Assembly: GCF_964204645.1 (NCBI RefSeq)
Contig: NC_134028.1
Coordinates: 11,517,263-11,581,262 of the forward strand
Source of the DNA: Tubulanus polymorphus
Lineage: Eukaryota > Animalia > Nemertea
DNA: 64,000 nucleotides
Direction of reading: 5' to 3'
Shown here: in pieces, positions 14,946 through 24,075 of the stretch
Numbering within the stretch: position 1 is the first letter of the stretch
Layout of the letters: each line of letters opens with the position of its first letter
Position numbers and translations under genes: made by a program
The notes under the pieces: model-generated
What the model saw: the letters and a program-made list of their open reading frames with translations, nothing else
Databases searched by the model: none
What the model was told of the DNA's origin: nothing

Positions 14946-15500
14946 TGTTGGATTATCAATTTGTTCAAAAGAATCACAACGATATCTATTTATCAAGATT
15001 AAGGATAGAAAAATATAGCTACAAAGCTGCAATAATGGGGTTTTGACTTAGCAATACCCCTATGCAAACTAAACTAGAGGCCCACGGGCCTTGTGAAGTC
15101 TAAGCGTCGGGTAAAGTACTTTGCATAGCCAAGACATTTTAAAATGACGTTGAGCACGGATTAGATCCCTCCCCCATTCTGCAAAATTAATTAAATTCAA
15201 AAAAATCTTTTAGTCCTTCATATTTTCATCAGAAAAACATTTTGTGCCCGTTTTGACTTACAATCGGGTAACTCTGTCAGTTCTACAGTTTAGGAATTTA
15301 CCAAATACTAAAGTTTTTCTTCCCTCGTATTTGATTGATCACTACTATCCCCGTTGAAGTGATCACGACGCACTACGACGCACTACTCGCTATCATTCGT
15401 ACAAACGACAATATCCTATGCCGTTATAAGAGCCGCATCGGCAAGCGTCTCTTGTATGTGCACCCCAAGGCATGGAACTCGAGGATCGAATTGCCAGCAA

Positions 15501-15855
15501 GCTCCGGGCCATCCTCCCCCGGCAGGGATTCGAACCTGATGGCATCGAGATTGCCACGGCACGAAACCCTGCCATAATCGACCGTGTGCGCAGATACATG
15601 CGCAGTTCAGATGATGTGATTTTTAGCCAATCAAAAATCCCGTTTTATTTTAGCCCGGGTTTTCCCATTTATAGTTCTTCCTTGAAATTTGCCTCAACGA
15701 TTATACATCGAGCAATCTGATTGGTGCCGCCAGTTTTCGTCCAGAAAGCTGCGCATGTACCTGCGCACCCGGTCTACTAATGCAGGAGTTCGTGCCGTGG
15801 CTGAGTGTAGCGATGCCATCAGGTTCGATTCCCTGCAGAGGGAGGATGGCTCCGG
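15501..15855. repeat. Inverted pair of ~105-bp tRNA-like (A/B-box) cassettes
   Basis: 15501-15607 is the reverse complement of 15747-15855. Each arm contains GCCGTGGC...GATGCCATCAGGTTCGAWTCCCTGC...GGAGGATGGC (B box GGTTCGANTCC). Related copies lie near 16870-16940, 24580-24630 and 32160-32250. Confidence 0.7.
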
Positions 15856-17449
15856 TCCGGAGAACAGGCAAAGTCCAAACCGCAATGCCTGTAGCGCCGA
15901 AGGCGTCACTGAAGCCATACATTATATGTTTATTTATATTCTTAAGACATCTGGTTTAAATGATCGGTGTTCAATTATGCAAATTAGTACCGCGCAGCAA
16001 TCGCCCGCACATCAAAAGTAAGGTTTTTTTCATCAATATAACCACTGGCTTGCAAAAAATGAGTATAAAAATTTCAAATACGTTGGAATAGATTTATATT
16101 TTAATAGATTATCCATAAAACTGACAAATCTAATCAATATTGTCTCTTTTTAGTTTTAGACATCTCCGAGTAGTACACTAAAAGCGGCGCCACTAGTGCT
16201 AGTGACTCATTTATCGATCCGAGCAATACAAAATTTCCCACGCCCAGCCCACGAAAATGAGGGCATTAATCATAAATCCGCCACAATAACTCTCTGCTCG
16301 CCCACCCACTGGTTATTCACGAGAAATTTCAGCGTTTGATTCGCAGCCGTTATCGCGGAGATGTTCAAAAGGTTATTCTTTCGTTTCGAGTCATTTTAAT
16401 AAGTTAAAAAAATATTAAAATGAGATTTGAACATGCATGATGAATGGCAAAGCTACATTGACATACTATATGTATATTATGATAAGGCCCTTAAAATTAA
16501 AATCGAAATTACAGGGATCGAACAGGCACTATACCTCTAGATTCTCTAGAATCTAATATGAATTGATGTGTATATGATTGAGTAGATGTGTCAAGGATTC
16601 AATTCCCAAGTACTTTTTTAATTACCCGGACTTTTGGAGAAAACATGGGAGGATCTAGGGTTTGACTAACACACATAAAATGGCAACATATATTTAAAGG
16701 GTACTACCCCAAAAGAAAATTCATAGGGAACAACGATAAACTCATTTAACCATGTCATACTTGACTGGGCGCGCAGTGTATGTCACGGATTAATCATAAA
16801 TGGAAAAATCTGGGCTAAAATATAATGCTATTTCTGATATAATGACATTATCTGAACTTTGACTCGGGCTAGTGTGGCGGAGTTTCAAATTGTGGGGAGT
16901 ATAAGTGCCATCAGGTCCGACTCCCTACCTGGGAGGTGCCTGCATGCCCACAGCACGTTCTGAGGGCATAAAAACCTTTTCCATCTACAAATGAGGACTG
17001 ATGACACAAAGATGGCGAGACGATGACCGATCGACTGATTTGTTCCCTTCACAAAGTATACACATCATGAATTTCAATGAACAAGATGCTAATGCATCAA
17101 AACCTGCTTGGTCAGTGAAGGTAACAGTCGGCCAGCTTGGATAATTTCATGACCTAGTTTGGTCATGTGATGCGACATGCAAGTTGTCAAACATCTATCT
17201 GGAAATTTTTTTTGAGTTGAAGATCTGCAAGATGTATTATAGGAAAGTTTTCAGTTTACGTTGCAGTCCCACAGGTCACATATTGTTGGACAGATTTCAA
17301 CATTTTTTACATTAAAACATTTAGCACAGTTAATTGTAACCCCTTTTGGCTCATGTATCGTTAGAAGGGTGACAATTTCTATTTTCTGATGGTGCTTATT
17401 TCATTTTTCTTAACTGCACCAATCTGACACAGTTAGAGCTTAAAAAAGA

Positions 17450-18469
17450 TACATCACTTTTATAAAGGCGCCTAAAAAAATTGACAATTTTGTCATTGGC
17501 TGTAAATTTTTCATTTTTTAGATAAAATGTAGGATTTTTCACTGAAGAAATAGTTTTATCCGGGGATTTAGTTGATACTGCATTCATAAAAATATCGTCA
17601 AAGAAACATGCATGCCAACCGGTTGAGTGAAGTGCAAAGCGCGCGCGAGTGGTTAACCGTTGATTTTCTGCCTAGGCAGTATACGCTATTTTCGTGGAAA
17701 TTTTCAAAATATAAAGATTTTTTTGGATTAAAATTATCTTGTTATTGTTTCCATGTTGAATTGAAGGATTCTCTTCAGCGTGAAATTCCTATTAGTCAGA
17801 GTTCAGTAGACATTCCAGATTTTCATTAGCAATAAACATGAAATGAACAACTAGGGGTCCATGAACACAATGCCCACTGGGGAATAAGTGGTTTCAAATG
17901 CTCAACAATCCAACAATTTCAATATTCAACGCCCCCTGGTGACCATATAAAAAACCAATTACATCACTTTTATAAAGGCGCCTAAAAAAATTGACAATTT
18001 TGTCATTGGCTGTAAATTTTTCATTTTTTAGATAAAATGTAGGATTTTTCACTGAAGAAATAGTTTTATCCGGGGATTTAGTTGATACTGCATTCATAAA
18101 AATATCGTCAAAGAAACATGCATGCCAACCGGTTGAGTGAAGTGCAAAGCGCGCGCGAGTGGTTAACCGTTGATTTTCTGCCTAGGCAGTATACGCTATT
18201 TTCGTGGAAATTTTCAAAATATAAAGATTTTTTTGGATTAAAATTATCTTGTTATTGTTTCCATGTTGAATTGAAGGATTCTCTTCAGCGTGAAATTCCT
18301 ATTAGTCAGAGTTCAGTAGACATTCCAGATTTTCATTAGCAATAAACATGAAATGAACAACTAGGGGTCCATGAACACAATGCCCACTGGGGAATAAGTG
18401 GTTTCAAATGCTCAACAATCCAACAATTTCAATATTCAACGCCCCCTGGTGACCATATAAAAAACCAAT
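17450..18469. repeat. Apparently identical 510-bp tandem duplication
   Basis: 17450-17959 matches 17960-18469; the identical 73-aa ORFs at 17608 and 18118 are 510 bp apart. Confidence 0.9.
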
Positions 18470-18862
18470 GACCTTGAAACTCACCACAATGATAAAATAT
18501 TTCGGTAGCTACGATTTTTTAATTGATTGTGAAAAAAAATATGCCTTGTTACCCTGGTGACCATATGCAAAACTGGATGAACTTAGAACTCACCACAATC
18601 ATAGAACATGTCATGAGCTACAACATTGCAATTGATCATGGTAACAAAATATGCCTAGGTACCAATATAATAAGGAAATAAAAAGTAATTCTACCATTCC
18701 AACACCCCCTGGTGACGATATAAAATAACTAATGTCCTTAAAACTCACCACAATCATAGAGAGTGTCATGAGCTACAACGTTGCAATTGATTGTGGAAAC
18801 AAAATATGCACAACTATATTATAGAAATACCAAGTTATTGTATTATTCAACGCCCCTGGTGA
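18361..18862. mobile_element. Helentron-associated non-autonomous element (HINE family A), truncated
   Basis: Starts aa|CTAGGGGTCC like the copies at 29221, 34275 and 59444, followed by ~155-bp caacgccccctggtgacc units. Its first ~110 bp is also duplicated at 17851. Confidence 0.75.
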
Positions 18863-19153
18863 TTCAGCTAGTATCACGGTAAAACATGTCTCAGAGTAAC
18901 GACTGACACAAGGTTCAAAAAGTCACCCAGCCACCAAATTTACCTCAAGGTCACGAACATCTCATCCTTCGATATAGCGCTAACCCAATAACAGGTTTTC
19001 TGCCTAGCTGGTTTGAATCTAGTACTTGGAAGCGTACGAAGACTCTAACGAAAATCAGTCTCATCAGTTCATAGGGGTCAACAAATGTGCTGGATATGTG
19101 GATCAATATGGACAACTGCATACAAAAGGTACTGATATACTAAGTTTACTATA

Positions 19154-19160
<7 letters not shown>

Positions 19161-19222
<62 letters not shown>
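19161..19222. repeat. (TA)n microsatellite, probable target site of the Penelope-like element
   Basis: About 30 AT dinucleotides immediately beyond the stop codon and AATAAA of the GIY-YIG segment. Confidence 0.95.
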
Positions 19223-19228
<6 letters not shown>

Positions 19229-19583
19229 TTTATTGCAACTAGTTTAGTTTGCTATTGATACCAAATGGTTTTTGTGTTCCTAATTTCTTGATCCACAATT
19301 TTTCAATAGTCTTTCTATAGGAATCATTTTTCAATGCCCATGATTGATAGGTTGGATACAGAATGGTTTAAAGTGTTGAAATGTTGTGCGATTGGATCGT
19401 CAGTTTTACGGCGTATTAGGGACAAATTGAGTAATTGACGTTGGTATAGTGAATCCCCCGTCTCCCCCACGTAGATAAATTTGTCACATTTATTACAAAA
19501 AATTGCATACACCACATTTTGTGATTTACAGTTGATAAAGTTTCGGACATAATACGAGGACCCTTCATAATTGATGAACTTAT

Positions 19584-20182
19584 GGTTCAAGTCCATTATA
19601 GCATTAAATAGTTCCAGCAGAGACTTATCACATTGGACTGGTATTTGGAATTAATCCGCCAATATTGAACTGATTGAATCTTACGACATTACGCCATAGG
19701 ACGTGCGGCTCAACTCCAGAACAGGTAAAAGTAGAGATCTATCAATCCTAAATGTCGGCCGATTCTACTCGTCGACAATGTCTACAGCCCCGATTGTTGT
19801 CCGATTCTACTCGTCGACAATGTCTACAACCCCGATTGTCGTCCGATTCTACTCATCGACAATGTCTACAACCCCGATTGTCGTCCGATTCTACTCGTTG
19901 ACTATGTCTACAACCCCATTTGTCGTCCGATTCTACTCGTCGACAATGTCTACAACCCCGATTGTCGACCGATTTTACTCGTCGACAATCAGGATTGCAG
20001 ACATTGTCGACGAGTAGAATCGGACGACAATCGGGGTTGTAGACATTGTCGACGAGTAGAATCGGTTGACAATCGGGGTTGTAGACATTGTCGACGAGTA
20101 GAATCGGTCGCAGCCGAATTACTCCTTTTCTAAAAATGTATCTTTCAGCGGGGAACTATTCCACGCTATACTGGACTTGAAC
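19584..20182. mobile_element. MULE-like MITE inserted in the PLE
   Basis: Exact 9-bp TSD TGAACTTAT (19575-19583, 20183-20191); ~31-bp TIRs ggttcaagtccattatagcattaaatagttcc / ggaactattccacgctatactggacttgaac. Confidence 0.85.
19755..20116. repeat. 42-bp tandem array with internal inversion (fold-back)
   Basis: Unit ccgattctactcgtcgacaatgtctacaaccccgattgtcgt occurs about 6 times, then about 3 reverse-complement units from ~19993. Confidence 0.9.
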
Positions 20183-20410
20183 TGAACTTATCTGAGTTAG
20201 ACATGTACGGACATATTGCGCAGTTTTTACCGCATGGTTCACATCTATTTTGTTTTTTAGAAAACATTAGGTTATGTTTTTTGTGTATTAAAATATCACA
20301 TAATGAAGTATCCCTTCTGTAAGCTACAATAGGTGGTTCTTTGAATATTTTGGTTAGTCTTTCTGACTTTTGTAGGGTTTTATGTCCTTTTCTCAGAATT
20401 TCATCTACTA

Positions 20411-21110
20411 TCGAGTGAGAAAACTTGAAAATGAATTACGAAAAACCAAGGAAAAGAAATTCCGGACTTTAATTAACAATAGCTGCGGAACCATTAATCC
20501 AGAAGAGATAGATATGAAAGCTATTGGAAATTGTTTCTATAGATGTATTGCACACTCTATTCATGGTAATGAGGAACCTTACAAGAGGGTGAGAACAGAA
20601 ATAGCATGTGAGCTACAGACAAATATTGTCAAATACGAACCATATATAGATGGGGACTATGATAATCACATCCATAATGTACTAAGGGAAGATGGTCACA
20701 CTGATTCATGGGCCACAGAGGCGGATATCATAGTCGCATCTTATCTATATTCAATTGACATATTTGTACGGACCAACATTAACGGTGCAGCTACCTGGAT
20801 TAAATTTCCACCTGGTGAATGTAATCATGAAAAGATGTTCATTGGTATTATACATAGAAATAACCATTTCAACATAGGTGAACTCACACATCGACCATGC
20901 AGATGCATACGTAAAAGACAGTCAATAATTCAAAAAAGAGCTGACAGTACTGCAAGGATACATAAAGAACAGGTCACAAAAAATACAACCGTACATGAAA
21001 TACAAAATGACCGTAAACGTTCAGTACAATGCAAAGATGTCAAGCCCGAAAACATCAACGAAAAAAATGTGGAAGTCGTAAACCTATCCAGTAAGTTATT
21101 AACGGGACCG
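20411..21110 (+). pseudogene. Inverted N-terminal fragment of a PLE ORF containing an OTU-like cysteine protease domain
   Basis: ORF 20382-21128 has GNCFYRCIA...WATEADI...NNHFN (OTU Cys/His motifs), bracketed by a basic KTKEKKFRTL helix and VVNLSSKLLT, a motif that precedes the RT in PLE ORFs. It runs into (TA)n. Confidence 0.75.
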
Positions 21111-21266
21111 TTATATATATATATATAACAGTTAAATATATATAGATTCTGAAGCACATGCTTCATCATGTGCTTCAGAATCTATTTATATATAACTGTT
21201 ATATATATATATAACGGTCCCGTTAATAACTTACTGGATAGGTTTACGACTTCCACATTTTTTTCG
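21059..21266. repeat. Near-perfect ~100-bp-arm palindrome
   Basis: 21059-21160 is the reverse complement of 21167-21266 (a few mismatches), with loop cttcat. Confidence 0.9.
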
Positions 21267-21416
21267 ATGAAGCGAGCGCGACAGTGGCGGCGCGAACAGA
21301 ATACCGACCTAATTCAATTTTATTTTATTTTGTGAACCGATCGGGCGGCACTCACAGACATTTTCGAACTAATTGTTTGCTCGACTGACAGGGTCAGAAC
21401 GAACGAACTACTGATA

Positions 21417-21630
21417 TCTTGGCCGAGTGTGACTGCAGAATTTAATAAGTCACTCGGCCGAGTAGATTGAGGAATTCTATCGTTTATTCGGCCAAGTAAA
21501 GAACTTAACTTTTAACTGAGCTCGGCCATGTGGATCATCGAATTCGAACAATCACTCGGCCGAGTAAACAACTTTCTGACATAATGCTCGGACGAGCAAA
21601 TGCCCGAGTACCTCGTCAATCGGGACCGTA
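21417..21630. repeat. Array of 12-bp ACTCGGCCGAGT-type palindromes at ~34-bp period
   Basis: Dyad centres at ~21422, 21457, 21491, 21525, 21559 and 21591 with dissimilar spacers; the array ends in cgggaccgta. Confidence 0.7.
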
Positions 21631-21838
21631 TGACTTCCTGTGACCTTGACCTTGGACCTACAGGATCCAAAATCTAATCAGTCACTAACCTCATCTAGTA
21701 CAACACAGTTGTTAAATTTCAGGAAAATTTGACAAAGGGTTTGGGTGCTAGGGCACTGAAACCACTGTGGACAGACGGACGGACAGACGGACGACAAGTG
21801 AATATAGTATGCCCCCCACAATGCGTTGTGGGGGCATA
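21631..21838. mobile_element. HINE/pearl-like element end (family B)
   Basis: tgaccttgacctt core, (GACR)n microsatellite, terminal hairpin atgccccccacaa-tgcg-ttgtgggggcat, then an A run. Confidence 0.7.
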
Positions 21839-21840
21839 AA

Positions 21841-22548
21841 AACTAAGTCATTGTATTGTTCAAGGCCCCTGGTGGCTATATACAAAAACCAATGACCTTG
21901 AAACTCACCACAATTATAAACCATGTCATGAGCCACAACTTTCCAATTGATTGTGATAGCAAAACATGCTTAGGTATCAATATGATGTTGAAAAAATCTT
22001 TTCCATGAATGAGTACTGATGACACCGAGATGGCCCCCAATTGCATCATAATTGGCTGATCAAAAAATACCTGTCTCAGGTATATAAGGTCCCTTTCCTA
22101 AGAATATCCATCATAAATTGCAATGAAAAATTGGCAAACCATTAGGAAGCTACAGGACTCAGAATTCAGACCAAAATTGACATTGGGCACAAAAAAGGTC
22201 ACTGAACAGCCAACTTAAATCCGATCGACCCAATTTTTCTCATGCTGATTGGCCCTTGGGGGATACAAATATATATGAATGATCAAGGTTATTGATAAAA
22301 GCGTCTTCAAAATGTCCCTCGAAAACTTTGAAAATGTGTAAAAAGTGCTGATTTTGGCTGCGAGTCGGCCATCTTGAATCTGACAGGGCCAGTTTCTGGG
22401 CTGAAGATGTGTCTAGGGTAGATACACGTATAAACCAAATATCAAGACATTACCTTGAAGCGTCTTCAAAACTTTCCAAAATAACTGGATTGTGTGTACA
22501 GACGGACGAAAAGTGAACGCAATAGCCACAGTGGGACCCAAGTGGGCT
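21841..22548. mobile_element. HINE family A, partial
   Basis: One ~155-bp unit, the body, and the end gacggacgaaaagtgaacgcaatagcc...gtgggct, as in 29221-30809 and 34275-35525. Confidence 0.75.
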
Positions 22549-22858
22549 AAAAATTGGTGAAAATATTAATACTGTTGTTATCGTGATGATTGATATAATC
22601 AAAATGGTTCCATCAATTAAACAATGATTTTATCTATAATAATATTCCGTATAAGCTGACTCCTTGCTTGAGAAGGCTAATACACTCTTTCATGTATTTT
22701 TGTTCCGCGCAGACTGGGTAGAATATCGGTAACCTGCCAAATGTTGTGTAGCGCCAATATGGCGGGAAATTCAAGTTGGAGGGAAACTCCTGACGGTTAG
22801 CTTTTTATCATGTTTTTGAATATTTTCCAGTTCAAACAACACACTGTGTATAATGTGT

Positions 22859-23670
22859 ACAAGAGCCCCAAGGGGCACAATGGCCAGCCTGTCAGATTTG
22901 CTTTTTATAAATGATGTAATCTGTGGGTTATATTTATCAATATACACTCCCTGCTCAATATCATTTACATAGTAAAATCGTGTGTTAACACAGACAGCAG
23001 GAACAAATGTAATATAGAAATACTAAGTTATTGTATTGTGCAACGCCCCCTGGTGGCCATAAAAAAAACCAATGAGCTTGAAACTCACCTCGATCATAGA
23101 ACATGTCATGAGCTACAACTTTCCAATTGATTATAGTATCAAAATATGCTTAAGTATCAATTATGATGTGGAAAAACTTTTTTTCCACCTACGAATGAGT
23201 ACTAATGACCCCAAGATGGCCGCCAAGTGCGTCATAATTGCCTGGTCAAAAATACCCTCTCGGATATAAAAGATCCCTTTCCAAAGAATACCCATTACAA
23301 ATTGCAATGAAACATGGCGCACCATTAGAAAGCTACAGTACTCAGAATTCAGGCCAAAATTGACATTTTTGGGAACAAAAAAGGTCACAGTACGGCCATC
23401 TTGAGTCCGATCGACTCAATTTTTCTCATGCCGATGGGCCCTCGGGGGATACAAATATATACGAATGATCAAGGTTATTGATAAAAGTGTCTTCAAAATT
23501 TCCCTCGAAAACTTCAAAAATGTGTAAAAAGTGCTGATTTTGGCGAACAACAATGGCTGCCAGTCGGCCATCTTGAATCTGACAGGGCCAGTTTTTGGCC
23601 TGAAGATGTGTCTAGGGTAGATACACGTATAAAACAAATATCAAGACATTACCTTGAAGCGTCTTCAAAA
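22859..23670. mobile_element. HINE family A-related copy, truncated
   Basis: acaagagccccaaggggc hairpin start; 23005-23670 aligns with the family A unit and body. Confidence 0.7.
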
Positions 23671-23828
23671 CTTTGGAACTCTCACGAACTATGTAGATGG
23701 TTATCTCTCGACCTCAATAGCTTCAAGACCCATCTCAAAACAACTTTGTTCCATGCAGCATACCATTAACTCTCGGAAAGCGAATTGTATTTAACATTTT
23801 TTGGCAGAATAAAATTTGATTGAATTTG
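23668..23828 (+). mobile_element. L2-clade LINE 3' fragment
   Basis: Translates KLWNS...LNSFKTHLKTTLFHAAYH*, the characteristic L2 ORF2 C-terminus, followed by AATAAA and a ttgattgaattt tail. Confidence 0.7.
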
Positions 23829-23837
23829 CAATTCGGG

Positions 23838-24075
23838 CACATGGCTAATTAGCATATCAAGGTCATACACCCGATTTGGTAAAACCTTTTTTTCGCGAAC
23901 CTTGCGCAATTGTCAAGGATGAATTTTCTGTAGAGCAAATAAAGTTCCTCCCAAACACCAAATCAACTAAAGATTTCATAGAAATCGATCTTGAAATACG
24001 ATTTTAAATCTTAAAATAAAACCCGGAAGTAAAACAGTAGACGATACCGCGGATTCACGCGAACACCTGATTTCT
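23838..24075. repeat. Dispersed repeat; uninterrupted relative of 40441-40655 plus 43161-43260
   Basis: gcacatggctaattag...aaatcaactaaagatttcMtagaaatcgatcttgaa...cggaagtaaaaca is shared by both loci. Confidence 0.75.

Larger units (their letters stand above)
19239..20410 (-). pseudogene. Penelope-like retroelement 3' part: post-RT linker, Cys cluster and GIY-YIG endonuclease (interrupted, frameshifted)
   Basis: Minus strand reads ILRKGHKTLQKSERLTKIFKEPPIVAYRRDTSLCDILI...CEPCGKNCAICPYMSNSDKF (20408-20184). After removing the insert at 19584-20182 and one TSD copy it continues in frame as INYEG...NCKSQNVVYAIFCNKCDKFIYVGETG...AQHFNTLNH, then after a frameshift EKLWIKKLGTQKPFGINSKLN*. These are typical PLE motifs. 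Confidence 0.85.

Noticed and set aside
15335-16021. Cluster of overlapping ORFs or true tRNA genes
   Set aside because: ORFs arise from a GC-richer inverted repeat; A-to-B box spacing is too short and there is no cloverleaf.
19324-19326. TGA in the GIY-YIG frame as possible selenocysteine (reported for some Naiad PLEs)
   Set aside because: That frame closes again with TAG shortly after; the conserved C-terminus is in another frame, so this is a frameshift.
19703-20017. 104-aa ORF with 14-aa repeats
   Set aside because: Translation of the 42-bp array inside a MITE.
21417-21630. CRISPR array
   Set aside because: Repeats are only 12 bp and degenerate, the context is eukaryotic and there are no cas genes.
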